From Paraspadella gotoi (taxonomy: Eukaryota > Animalia > Chaetognatha), in contig CM119268.1 of NCBI GenBank assembly GCA_051294375.1, forward strand, positions 11,133,710 through 11,197,709: a stretch of 64,000 bases of DNA. The letters are read 5' to 3'. The translations under genes were made by a program, and so were the position numbers. Shown piece after piece: positions 1 through 12,798 of the stretch. How positions within the stretch are numbered: the stretch's first letter is position 1; the number at the start of each line of letters is the position of its first letter. The notes under the pieces were generated by a model. It was not told the DNA's origin. It saw nothing but the letters and a program-made list of their open reading frames with translations, and did not search any database.

Positions 1-538
1 CCGCCGTAAATGCAAAGGAATGTTCTAAAAAAAATTTGAGATCGCTAAAACAGAAAAATATGTAATTAAACAGTATGCACTTTTTTTAAAGTCATGAAAT
101 TTTTTTTTCTGAGTAAATTCTATTTTTTAGCGAAAAATTACTCAATGAGAAATAAATCAATTGTCTGAGTCTTTTCCTAAATCAAGTTTCATTCTTCAGA
201 CAAGTATTTCTCTCTCTTTCTTTCTCTCTTTCTCTCTTTTTCTCTCTCTTACTTTCTTTAACTTATATATATATATATATATAAGTTTGATAAAAACCGC
301 TGTGGTCGCTGCGAGAGAGAGAGAGACAGAGAGAGAGAGAAAGAGAATAATAATAATAAAAATCTTAAAAGCAATAGGGATCGAGCCTGCTTTNNNNNNN
401 NNNNNNNNNNNNNNNNNNNNNNNNNNNNNNNNNNNNNNNNNNNNNNNNNNNNNNNNNNNNNNNNNNNNNNNNNNNNNNNNNNNNNNNNNNNNNTCCTTTT
501 CTTTGGGACTTGGGTTATTATTAATTTATATATATTAT

Positions 539-628
539 ATTAGTAGAAATAAGTTTGAGTTTATATGAAACAACGATTTTATTAGCAAAATCGTTGTTGC
601 AAATAAACTCAAACTTATTTCTACTAAT
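539..628. repeat. 90-bp near-perfect palindrome (MITE-like hairpin)
   Basis: attagtagaaataagtttgagtttat...aacaacgatttt/aaaatcgttgtt...ataaactcaaacttatttctactaat. Confidence 0.8.
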
Positions 629-1008
629 CCAAACACAACGAAAAGAAAAGAAATTCGCTATATATATTATATTATATTTTATCTCTATTGCCACTCATGG
701 TTAAAATTAAGCGCTAAATCTCAACTAGTCAGAAGGTTTAACAAATTTAGACCCCTCGCTCAGACTATAGAAGAGGAACAATAATTGTGATTTAAAAGAG
801 AAAAAAAAGTTTCAGTAAAACACCAATGCCAGGTTGCAAGTCCTGTGGGGGGGGGGGCGGCCAGGAGGCCATTTCTCTCGCCGCCCCTGGGTATGTCTCG
901 TTCTTTTAAAAAAAAAACACTTCGTTAACGTCTAACTACTACCAGTCGAACGCCGAGAATCTTGATAGTGAAGAGACTGGTTTTACACGGCGCCACACCC
1001 ATTCTACA

Positions 1009-1080
1009 TGACAACCTCAGGGCTCGAACCAGGGACGCACATTGGGATGGTGCAATAGGCCACGGAGCCACTGAGGCGCT
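1009..1080 (-). mobile_element. tRNA-derived SINE head or tRNA pseudogene
   Basis: Reverse complement gcgcctcagTGGCTCCGTGGcctattgcaccatcccaatgtgcgtccctGGTTCGAGCCctgaggttgtc has Pol III A and B boxes but no intact cloverleaf. Confidence 0.5.
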
Positions 1081-1120
1081 GCGAAGGAAACAGCTTTTAA
1101 TCTATCTGTGATGATAGGAC

Positions 1121-1795
1121 TAGGGTTACGATAACCGTTAACCATTAACGGTTAAAAATAATTTAACCTAACCGTTAATATATTTATTTTAACGGTTAAA
1201 TTCTGTTAATTTTCAAATATGATTTTTTTTATTCTTTAATAAAAAATCAAAGATTTTTTAATTTTTTTGTATAAAATCGTCGATTTTTTAAAAGAAAAGT
1301 ATTTTTTTCCTGTCCTCTCTTATTCTCCTCTCCTTTTTATCACCACTGTTTTATCACCATATTTTTTCACCTCTCTCTCTTCTCCTTTTTTAATCTTTTT
1401 TCTATCCTAATCTCTCTCTTAATCTTTCTTCCCGTCACTCTCTTCTCTCCTCTCCTCTCCTTCGGTACCTTTCTTTTTTTTTCTCTTTTCCCCTCCTACT
1501 TTTCCCCCCCTTTCTTTTCTCTCCTTTTTTCTCACTTTTCTTTTACTTTTTTCCTTTTTCGTTTTTTCTTTTTTTCGTTTTTTCTTTAATAGCAATAGAA
1601 ATAGAAGATAAAGAAGATTCAGGAGCAAGAGTAAAAGATAATATACCATTACATACTTTGGTTTGATTTAAATAATAATATTTTAAATTTAAAGTTAAAT
1701 TATAAAATTAACCGATTTTAACGGTTAACCGTTAAAAATGTTAGTTTTAACGGTTAAGCGAAATTCCTAAAAAATTAACGGTTAATGGAACTCTA
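1121..1795. mobile_element. MITE-like element with imperfect TIRs and AACCGTT/AACGGTT subterminal repeats
   Basis: tagggttacgataaccgtt... versus ...aacggttaatggaactcta; multiple (T)AACCGTTA motifs clustered at 1130-1200 and 1710-1790. No clear TSD. Confidence 0.55.
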
Positions 1796-2664
1796 CCACT
1801 AGAATAGAACCGAAACTGAAACAGAAATAAGTCTTGTGGGTTGGGGAAACGAGGATGAAAAAATTAAAAATTAGTCCAACTTTAAAGTCGTTTTTATTCT
1901 TTGTTTTTACTTTTAATTTAAAAAAAAATAGGAAAAAAGGTTTCAGATTTTTTTTTTTTTTTTTTTTTTTCATTTTCGGTCTTTTGTTTTCTTCTTTTCT
2001 CCGGTTATTTAAATACAGTCGGTTGAGCACATCCTTTGGGGTTTTATCGTGGCTAAGTGGTTCGAGCGACGTCATGGGCGCCACTCTTACGGCGGCAAAA
2101 ATCAAGAGGGTAAAAAAGGGTAGAAACTAGTAGGAGAGAGAGAGAAGGTGAAACTGAAACTCGTGAACGCGGAAAGGGGGAATTAGACCCACGTCTTTCT
2201 GGTTTTTTTTTTTTTTTTTCTTTTCGAAACGTGAAGATTGGCTCCATCGCATGCGAGGAGAGAGGGAGCGTCGCGGAGTTTCTTGACTCATTCATTCAGC
2301 CAGAATTATAAGATTTTGTGTGTTTTTTTCTTGCTCGTTTTGTTTTGTAAAAAGTTTTTTTTTTCCACAATGACGTAAAAGACTCTTGAAATGAACGTTG
2401 TACCAAAAAAGCTCGACATTATAAGTTAATCTAGATTCATATTTCAACCAATTTACTTATTTTATATATATTTTTTTTAAATAATTTCTCAGATTCTTGT
2501 TTGAAAAAGAAAACTGGACAATTTAATACGGTTCAAACGATAAACAAAGAAAAACTTGGACACATCGTCTTGACAGATCTTTCCGTCTATTTTTCAAGTT
2601 CCTGAAAAAAGTCGGAAAAGTTTTCAAGATTAATCGCATTCGTCGATCGTTGCTCAGAACAATA

Positions 2665-2874
2665 ATGCCGTTCAACGCCGACGAAATGGACCTGTGGCGG
2701 TATATTCACACCGCCTCATTTGTCATCTTTCTAATCATTCTCGTCATCATTGTCAGCCTTGGAAGTGCCTTTTTCGCGCCAGTCGTCGTTGTCGTCGTTG
2801 TCGTTCCCCAAAACAATGGGAATGAGGAAGGAGACGACGACCTGCCTTTTCCAATTCAAGAAGTTGGTGACTGA
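2665..2874 (+). CDS. Candidate small single-pass membrane protein
   Basis: ATG at 2665, MPFNADEMDLWRYIHTASFVIFLIILVIIVSLG... gives one hydrophobic helix. Codons are C-ending like the dynein exons, and there is a pyrimidine-rich ...tctcag acceptor at ~2492. Confidence 0.3.
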   Translation: MPFNADEMDLWRYIHTASFVIFLIILVIIVSLGSAFFAPVVVVVVVVPQNNGNEEGDDDLPFPIQEVGD

Positions 2875-3478
2875 AAGCCAAGTTACTGGATTCGAAAGTG
2901 CGGAAGTGCGACGACAAACTGACGAAAATTATAAAGAAGAACAACCAAGTATGAGATTGTGTTCATCAATCTCATTTGCATATTGACATTGAAGAAACGT
3001 TCGGCCTATTCTTGTCATATTTATCATTCGATTCTTTTTCGCGACTTCAAGGAGACCTCAACTATTTTTTCATAGAATTCTGTATATTATTTGGACGTTT
3101 GCTCGAATTTACATTGTTTACATCGATTTTTCTCCGCAAAAATAAACAATATTTTCACGGATTATTTTCGCGTTTGTTTACAATTCTTACGGCGAGGGAT
3201 ATTCAAATTCGATATATAGAGACCGTCAAAAGCAGTTAATTCTCTCCGCGAAAGACTCTTTGGACGTCGACAAGGCTCGAGAAGAATATTACTCGACAGA
3301 CATAGACTTGTATTAAATTCGTTTCCAGTGTCATTTTATGTACCACGAATTCACTTTTGTCATTAGTGTAGCAATTGATTATTTTAGGACCATTTAGCTC
3401 TCTTACGTAATGTTTAAAAATTGGATGAGTGAAAGTTAAAAAAGTGAAATCTCGCCGACTAATAAATTTTCTTTAAAT

Positions 3479-3962
3479 TATGGTGGACTAAAATCCACCA
3501 ACCGTTCATCAGCGGCCATTGGTGCCGGAGGCAAGTCATTCGCCTTCCAGTCCAAAGGTCCGGGGTTCTAGCCCGGTAGTCGCCTTGCAGTTCAGAGGGA
3601 TGGGGCGCTTAACCCGCCTGTAACATGGTGTTACAGCCTTATCCGAAGCTCAGGGACTGCTTATATTGGTGAGCCTGACTTCGGAAAGCAACAGCAACAA
3701 CAGCAACAACAACACTTTCAGGTGACATGCCTCGACCTGGCGATGAACTTTCCGCCGACAACACATCAGGCGACATGCCTCAACTTGGTGACGCACTTTC
3801 CACCAACAACAATTCACTGAAGAGACGCAACAGACTTCTCCCTACGGGAGGGGGGGATGTATGGTGGACTAAAATCCACCAACCGTTCATCAGCGGCCAT
3901 TGGTGCCGGAGACAAGTCATTTGCCTCCCAACCCAAAGGTCCGGGGTTCTAGCCGGATGGTC
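3479..3962 (+). mobile_element. tRNA-containing structured repeat: one long unit (3479-3859) and a truncated tandem unit (3860-3962)
   Basis: Both units begin TA-tggtgga[ctaaaa]tccacca-accgttcatca, followed by a tRNA-like segment (gcggcca...A-box-like tggtgccggagg...B-box-like ggttctagccc...gtcgc). Homologous to 28184-28380. Confidence 0.75.
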
Positions 3963-4229
3963 TTCCTTAACAATTTTTTTTTAAGATAACATATGAAACA
4001 TTTTTAATGTTTCAATTAAACATTAAAATAAAAAAGTACCGTTTTTTTATTTTTTTAAGCAAATTCAGTATTCAGTATTCAACATTTCGCACCCAAAGAA
4101 TACAAAATTTTTCTGACTATAGAATCATTCAGAAATTAACGTTGTTGTACATCGGTTTTTCTCTTGTTTAACAATTATTATATATAAGCTCGATATTAGA
4201 ATCGGCCTTATTGTTGATGTGCGAACAAT

Positions 4230-6349
4230 TCGTAATTAGATGAATGTCGAGCACAGGGAAAATAAGCGGTATTCCGGAACCCCTTGGTGGAGCCTACTGG
4301 TCAAAGATGCAAAAAAAGCGGGTGAAGAGCAAATTGTTTCTGCTCTTATATGACAAGGTACTGTTTTGGTTTTTTTGGGTTGTTTAAATGGAGGCCAGAG
4401 GTTCGCTAGGAAAGATAATTAATATTAAAATGCTATAATAAATCAATAACGTAGAATAAAAAATTAAAAAATGGTTTAATTTTTTTTAAAAATAAGAATA
4501 TCATGCATCATCCACAATTCTATAGTGAACAATTTTCTTTCGTTTGAGTCGCATAACCATTATTCTATCTTTAATAGTTTATTTGTAATTAATTTTTCTT
4601 TATTAAAATATTATTTAATTTTTTTCAGGTAATTTAAATTAAAAAAAATTATAACTAATGCCAAATGATAGAAGAAAATTTTTATATTATAATGGACTTA
4701 CCTACCTAATATAGGCTTCTAAATATCATATATAGTAAGTTTATGTATGTTAATGAATATTATGTTTTGATATATGAAAATAAATAAATTTAAATAATTA
4801 AATATATGAAAAAATTGATAACTTTGTTTTTTTAGCATAATAAACATAATTTTTAATTATTTGTTCATGATGCTTTTAATAGCTACTGGTCAGTTTGTAT
4901 CCTTTTCAATTATAATAATTTGATAACTTCTTTTATTTTTAAGTAATACTGAGCTGCTATATTTACTTACCTTTTGACAAAATCCAAAATATTACTGATA
5001 TTAAAATTATTGTATGAAACAGACGAAAACTTTTTTTAAATCAGATGCTATTTAATTTTTGGGAGTGATATTATATTATCCTTGACAAAATTTAAAAAGT
5101 TTTAAAACAATCCCAACTCGACATTTTTAAGGCCAAAAGTTAGGTTGTTTAAAAAAAACTGCAAGATGCAAAAAAGTAATAAAAAAGTTTATTGTCTTGA
5201 ATATCTTTGAAAAAAAAGAGGGAGCAAGGTGGGTGTGGGTATCAAATTAAAGCCCTATCATGGAACATTTCTAGAACAGTTTTTTAAATTTTATCCATAA
5301 ATCTTTACACAGTTTTATTTAAATACGAGTTAAAAGTATAACAGTTTTTTGCATTACAAATTTCAATGAAGGCAATATGAAATTTCTTGTTTTTTCTTTT
5401 GTACATGAAAGAGGAAAGTCTGAATTACATTTAATTATCATTAAATTTTCTCAACTTATAAATTTGCTTTATTTTTTATTAAATAAAAAACAAGCAAAAA
5501 ATTTGTAGTAGCTTGATAAAATGTTTTTTTAAAATATGAAAAATGATAAATAATAAATTTTTTCAGCTTGATATAAACAGTCTGGACGTCTACCTTCTTG
5601 TCTGTGAAAAAAAATAATCATTTTTCATTATCTTCAACTGCAAAGCAAAAGCTTGATATAACTGCTTGTTTATCGTAATAAAATTTTAAAAAATTACTTA
5701 ACTGCTGACATATTTGACAAAGCAAGACATCATTGATGTTGAATTGTATTTGCTAATTTTCTTATTATAACAACCTTATAAAAGGAATTTAATTCTATTA
5801 TTTTCATCCATTTTAATTAAGAAAAAAAAATTCGCAAAAAGGGTTCATTGACTGACTTAATGATTGCATTTTTTAAGGTTTCTTTACTGCCCCCATTACG
5901 CAAGAACATAAAAGGTCATTATTATCATGTCACTATGTACAGATTTTCTCTACCCTTTATGCCACTGCATTCTGAATTTTCTTTTTTTTCCCTTTCAAAT
6001 TATTAATTAAAAAATTAATTGAGAGAAACGAACAGCATGGAGGATACCGTTGGTAAGCCTTAGTTACCCCACTTCCCAATCAAATTTTTAAACAAGGTTT
6101 TTTTTCATTTATTCTAGACATAACTCTAACTATTGTACTATTTATTTTTAATTTTTTTACATTCTCTTTAGCGTAATCAAAGAACGTTTTGCGTGTCATA
6201 AAAATTATAGAAAAAAAGTGATTTTGTTTCACAACGAATTTTATTTAATCATAGAAAAAGTACATGTTTTCCGCTTTGGATTCAAGGCCTTCTCGAGCAG
6301 TGTCACAGCTCAAATGATTTGTCGAAAATTTTGGTACATTTTGTAAGAG

Positions 6350-6389
<40 letters not shown>

Positions 6390-6992
6390 GAAGAGAGAGA
6401 GAGAGAGAGAGGGGCAATTCAAGCATTAGAAGATTCATGTAGACAGTTAAATGGCTAATTTTTGACAATGAAATGGTATGAAGAGGTTAAAAAGAAAGGA
6501 AAGGGAGAGCACGGGAGATTAATACTTCAATGTCAACATAAATTTTAAGTATTACATTCTATTAATGAAGGTGAAATGAAAGTGAGATCATTGTATTTTA
6601 TAATAATCTTATTGCTACTATTAATTCCTTAAGACTAAACTGTATCTTCCACTCACTTCATTCACCTTCATTATTATTTATTAAATAGTTAATTGTTGAA
6701 TAAGACGAGTTTAAAAACTTTATTTTGTTGAGTACATTTGGATAATGTAATATTATTTTCTCTCTCCTGTCTCTCTCTCTCTGCGCTCTCTCTCCCTCAT
6801 CTCTCTCTCTCTAATCTCTCTCACTGCTGACCATTTCATTTCTTATTCAAACTAAAATCTCTATCTGTATCCTCGAATTCTAACCCTGTCCTCACCATTG
6901 ACCACTATTTATTTTTCTCAGACTCTGTGTTGGAAACTTTGCTCCATCTCTCTCTCTCTCTTCCCCCCCCCCCGCCCCCCCCCCGCCGCCCC

Positions 6993-7052
<60 letters not shown>

Positions 7053-8270
7053 CCTTCTGTTCACACAAAAAACTGTAACAAATTTCACAAATCACTTGAC
7101 GCTGAAGAAGGCTTGAATGCCAAAGCCGAAACATGTACGTTGGTTCTATGATTAAATACAAATTCGTGTGTGAAACAAAATCATTTTGGCCCAAATACAT
7201 ACAACAAGCGAAAAAAGAAAGGTTATTACGCACTAAGAAAAAAAGTAAAATGTTTTCAAAAATTAAAAATCTATAAGAGGAATCTACTATACTTAACAAA
7301 TATACTGACGTTAATATGTATTAGAACTTTGATGCCCACTCCATAAAAAAACTGTTAAATATACTGCTTTTTCTGTCAATAATTAAAAGAGGCTACTAAA
7401 TTAAGTTAAAACCTACAAAGCAGTCCGAATATCAAATTATTTATACATTTGACAACCTTAAAAATGTCTAGTTGGGATTGTTGAAAACTTTTTGAATTTT
7501 GTCAAAGGATAATATTATATCAGTTCAAACAATTAAATAGCATGTGATTTTAAAAAAGTTTTTGTCTGTTTCATACATAATTTTTAATATCAGTAATTTT
7601 TGGATTTTGTCAAAGTAAGTAAATATAGCAGTCAGTATTATTAAAAATAAAAGAAGTTATAAAATTATTATAATTGAGAATGATACAACTGACCAGTAGC
7701 TATTAAAAGCATCATGAACAATTAATTAATAATTATGTTTATTATGCTAAAAAAAATTCAAAGTTAAAATTTTTTTTATATATTTAATTTAATAAATTAT
7801 TTATTTTCTATGTCAAAACATCATCATAATAAACTTACTATATATGTATTTGAAGGCCTATATTAGGTAGGTAAGTCCTTATAATATAAAATTTTTCTTC
7901 AATCATTTAGCATAGTTATAATTTTTTTAATTTAAATTATTTGAAAAAAAATTAAAATAATATTTTAATAAAGAAAAATTAATTACAAATAAACTATTAA
8001 AGATAGAATAATGGTTATGGACTCAAAGCGAAAGAAAATTGTTATAGATTATGGATGATGCATGATATTTTCATTGAAAAAAAAATTAAAAACCATTTTT
8101 TAATTTTTTTTTATTCTACTTTATTGATTTTTATATAGCTAATTTTAATATTAATTTATAAAAAAACTGTCATTAGGAAAAATTTGATTACCCTTTTTTT
8201 GTGTAGCCCAAAGGTCCAGAAACGTATCCCGGGACATCTCATTCTTGTGGGCAGCTCCATGCCGAGTAAA
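4230..8270. repeat. ~4 kb imperfect fold-back palindrome centred near 6620
   Basis: 4415-5130 is the reverse complement of 7455-8155; 6210-6410 mirrors 7000-7200; aatgaaggtgaaatgaaagtgag mirrors ctcacttcattcaccttcatt near the centre. The arms differ by many indels. Confidence 0.85.
7096..7143 (+). ncRNA. Minimal type I hammerhead ribozyme (Penelope-like element type)
   Basis: tgacg-CTGAAGA-a-ggctt[gaatgcca]aagcc-GAAA-catGTA-cgttg: catalytic core, stem II, palindromic ACATGT stem III and stem I (tgacg/cgttg). Confidence 0.8.
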
Positions 8271-8340
8271 TCGATGTAAAAAGGAACCGTGGATAGATAA
8301 ACCCAATGAATAAATATTCAAAAAGTGATTTTCGAGTGAC

Positions 8341-11300
8341 CTGCATGTCGAGCACGGGCGGTTCCACGAACTTCGATCCCAGGTTGTTTATGATAAAAGC
8401 TGTAGCGCAGAAGGTGACACGATCCGCGCGTAGAGATCGAACCACCAGCATCTTCTGGAGCTCGTTGCAGGCGTTGTCCCACTCGCCAGGCAGAGGAGTC
8501 GCCTCGGGCGTCTCTGAGGTGTACCAGTTGTTCCAATCGCGGGGGTATTGCTCGAAGGAGGCGACGAGGCCATGGAAGTTGACCAGGCGGTCGAGTTCTG
8601 GACGAATCAATCAAACCATAAATCAGACAATACGTAAATGAATGAATGAATGAATGAATGAATGAATGAATGAATAAATGAATGAATAATTATTCAAACA
8701 ACATTAATCAGACTATACAAATGAATAAATAAATAAATGTAAGAATGAATGGATGAATAAATTATTGAGTGAATGAATGAATAAATAGATAAAAAATCAA
8801 TCAATTAATCTATTAATTAAATAAAACTGAAACGAACCGGTGATATTGTCCCATGAGGATTGAGACAACCAATTGCAAGGATTGTCCATCTGCCCCTCGT
8901 GATCCAACACGACGCCGCCTTTGAGGAAGAAGTTGTATTCCTCGATATTGAGCTTCCCCGAAGACTCGAGGATCTTGCAACACATCTGGAAGGCGAAGAG
9001 GAGTTTGTGGACCTCGAACAGCCCGCGGCATGTGTACCTGAGAGATTGGCGGAGAGGGGCGGGGGAAGAATTTCTCTGATCAAATTTACCCAAACGAACT
9101 TTTATCAATTGCCTTGAGTTCTTCCATAAATCAATCAGTATAAACTCTGTTTATATGTAGCAATTTAAAAAAAACTGAAAATATATATCGATAAGCACTG
9201 CAATAAAATATTTTAAAACTTAAATTAACTGTAAGTACAGATCTGGTCAAAAAAAAAGTTAAAACTTTGAACCCCCTACTATCTCGCTTGTCTATTAATT
9301 AAAACTGGGGTTCATTTGAAAGCCAAGACAAATATCTTTTATGATGAGGTTTTTAGACTAAATATTATAGAAGCTGTGCTAAAATAAAAAAAAGGATGAA
9401 ATTTTGTCTTACAATTTTTTTTTTTTTTTGCGAAAAAAAAAGTTTATCCATCTTTGTTTGTTTTTTTTTTTTTGTGTGTGTTTTTCACTATGGAAACTTC
9501 AAAACAGCTAAACCCCAAAAAGAAAGCTGCTAAAGACATGAAACCCATAACAAAGCACTGTATTCCACCGACGACACCGCCCCGCGTTCCTCCAATTTAA
9601 GCAACGGATTCCACCCCTCTATTACACCATAGCATTGTCCCGCATTCCACCAATCACAGATTTCTACCCATTACAGCGCACCGTATCCAACCTGTAGACG
9701 GCGTAAGTGTGAAACTCGTTGAGGTGGTTGATCCTCTCGTCGAGTTTCGTGCTCTTCTGCGATTTATCGATCGAGAGGCAGAAGAGATCGACGTAAGCGT
9801 CGAGAGAGAATTGGTACATCGGGTCGATGCGGCCCAAATCGTTCAACACGAAGAACAGGATGGCCGCGCGCTGGAATTTGTTTAAGAGGGGTGAGTTAGA
9901 GGGATCAGGTCAGTTCAAGAAAAATTTTACTTAGTCATCTCTGCTTAAATTAAATACATATCCGTTCGAAAAAGCGCGGTCCGGTGGTGAGAAATTAAAA
10001 ATAAACCCCTCCTTACTGACCTCAACACGTTAAAAAAAAAAAAAATTATCGGGCATAAAATTGCGCATGCCTCGTCGTATATTTAACCTGTGCACAAGGT
10101 CGGTAACCCTCCCGAGCGGCGTCAATTTTTTTCTCCGTTTGCTCAGATATTTGCAGTTGTTCTCCGACTTCGATGGACGTCGCTTTTGAACCTGCGAGAA
10201 AAATATTTATTTGAAGAAATAGATGTCGCGTTAGGTCGATGTTCTTAAAATTATATACCAATCATGCACCAATTTCATACAATATTATCAATTGAATAAC
10301 CTTGCAGAGCGTTGACGAGCTGTTCGTCCTCGAGAAGCGATCCCTGCGCTTCATTCAACAGCCTCAGGATCGTGCCTTCCAACTCCTCCAGCTTGGCCTT
10401 TCCCGCTGCGATGTTGAGGACGAGCGAATCTTTTTGCTCTTCTAACTCTTGCCGCTCTTTTCGAACGACGATGCCCAGCAGTTGAGCCTCCAATCCTTTA
10501 AAATTGAAAAAATATTCATTTAAACAAAGCGATGTATAATAATAATTTCATTAGTTTATAAAGCCTTGATTATTTTCATATTTGTCAACTTATGATTTTC
10601 TTTTTTCGCGTCTGTTTTCTCCCGCAAATCTAATGTGAAATCTAGTATGTTAACCTTGTTCCTTGACCGCGAAATTCGTGATGGTCGTTTTTGTCGAAAT
10701 TTCAGGAGTGTAGTGAGGATTGCTCAACTTGGTCGTCAGATAAAACCTAACATAATAAAAAATAATTGTTTAAATATACGAATGAGAGCGAAACGAACTA
10801 ATATTTACCTGAAAGCTGGGTTGTACTCCACGTCTTTGTCGCCCAGTTTGATCATGAGGATTCCGCCAGTTTTGGTGAAGGCCTTGTTCAAAATCGGAGC
10901 CAGCGATGGGTCCAACTCCTCTTGGATATTCTTTAGCGAAGGGGAAAGAAAACGAGTGTTTATTGGTTTTTATTTTACATCTGCGATAGAAGTGGTTGTT
11001 GTTGTTATTATCGTCGTCTTCGTATTCATTGTCTTCATCTTATCATTTAACCTGCAGAAGCAGCGGAAGGCCGAACTGGACGGCCAGTTCCACGGAGCGG
11101 AGGAAGTCGTGTTGCTGCAGGTCGATGGTTTTCAATCCATTTTGGGATTCCATGTTTCGGATCCACTTGATCGCTTGACCTGGAAGATTTTGGTCAGTTT
11201 TTTTCCATTTAGACCTCATTACTTCTTATGTCATTCAAAGTGTAACTGCAGCGAAGGTCCTGCAATTATCACCAACTCACTCTGCGGATCGATCATTAAC

Positions 11301-11574
11301 GGCCAACGCGTGCAACGGGTGACTATGACTCCGTTCTCCGTCGAGAAATTGTCAGATGGAAGACCTGAATCAAAATGCAAATATAAATGTTTGGAGGCCT
11401 AAAATACTACATTTTTAAAAAAGCGTGGTTTGCGATCCTAAAAACGTACCTTGGATATTCCATTCTCGCACTTGAGTAGGTCGGGACAGAAAGTCGAAAA
11501 ACTTGAAGTCTGCAGAACACGGGAGTCCGAGCTTACGAATCTCGGTCAACCAGATGTTTTGCACAATGTTGTCC
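8341..11574 (-). CDS. DNAH2: Dynein HC exons: AAA5, strut and start of the AAA6 region
   Basis: Exons ~8341-8597, 8838-9037, 9692-9870, 10088-10191, 10301-10495, 10655-10746, 10809-10930, 11052-11179, 11281-11364, 11450-11574. Peptides include [73 protein letters not shown]. Confidence 0.92.
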
Positions 11575-12742
11575 CTGTAAAAAAAGGGCAAATTCATAAT
11601 TTATAACATTCAAGTTATCATTAATTGTCTCTTTGCATAAAATCTACGTAAACAACGATCCGAATAAACTCGCCTGTAGTTAGAGAGGAAAGGCCCCAAG
11701 TAGGAAAGGAAGGCGGCGGCGACGAGACAATCGCCGACGAGGAATCCCATCTGATTCTCCAGATCTTTCACCGTCTGTTCCCATCTGATCTTTTCACCGG
11801 CCAAACCGGAGACCTGGACGAGGATTACGAAAGACAAAAAATGGATCGAAGGAAAAAGAAAACAGAAAAATTTGAAAGAATGAACATATTGGCATATCAT
11901 TCAGACTACGAAAGCTGCCCTCTATCGGTCCTAACTACTGACCAGTTTGGCCGCTCTGTCCAACATCATCTCCATGATGTCGGCCTTGCGCTTCAACTCC
12001 TCCTTCAGCGCCAACTTCTCGTCGTACTGTTTCTTCAGTTCCTCCATTTTTGACGTCACCTCCGCAAGTTTCTCCTTCGCTTCGGCCAGCGCGTCCTGGC
12101 GTCGAGGTGGGAAAACAAAAGATCAATTCGTTGTTCTATTTATTAATGATTTTTTATTTATTTTAATGTGATGATTTTTTGGATATATGTGAACCTGCGC
12201 CGACTGAAGCTGCGCCATGGCGTTGTTAAGGCGTTGTCGCTTCGGTTCTACCACTCTGAAATGATTAGGATAATTATCAATCAAAAATCGCACTTAAACT
12301 AAAAGGATTAAGGAGCGGCAATTTTTTCGTTACCTATAAACGCGTCCATAGACCTCCATTGCCCTGACCCACATGCAGAGGGAGCGACAAGCTAAAGAGA
12401 CGCGTCCCACGATGTCGGGCTGAAAGAGATAAGATAAATTGCCGATTGCAAACAAGCAAAGCAAGTAAGCTATCAAACAATTAATATACTCCCATGCTAA
12501 GAAAACATTACCAGTTTACTAATCATAAAATTTTTTTTCCAACAAACCTGGAAGTCGGGCTGGGCGACGTACTGCCCGATTTTCTTGAGGACGCGATCGG
12601 AGATGGCGTCCTTGTCGAAGTTGGCGAGACTGCGGAGGAAGAACTGATCGCCGAGTTGACGCTTCGCTTCAGCCCAGGACGGTTCGACCCCCTGTCAAAA
12701 TAGTCAAAATAGATTTTTAGTTTTTTTTCAAAGATTTTTTTC

Positions 12743-12798
<56 letters not shown>

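Noticed and set aside
3512-3583. Functional tRNA-Gly gene
   Set aside because: The anticodon arm does not pair properly, the T-loop is deviant, and it is embedded in a dispersed repeat with variable copies.
10635-11402. 255-aa + strand ORF
   Set aside because: Antisense shadow of dynein AAA5 exons and introns.
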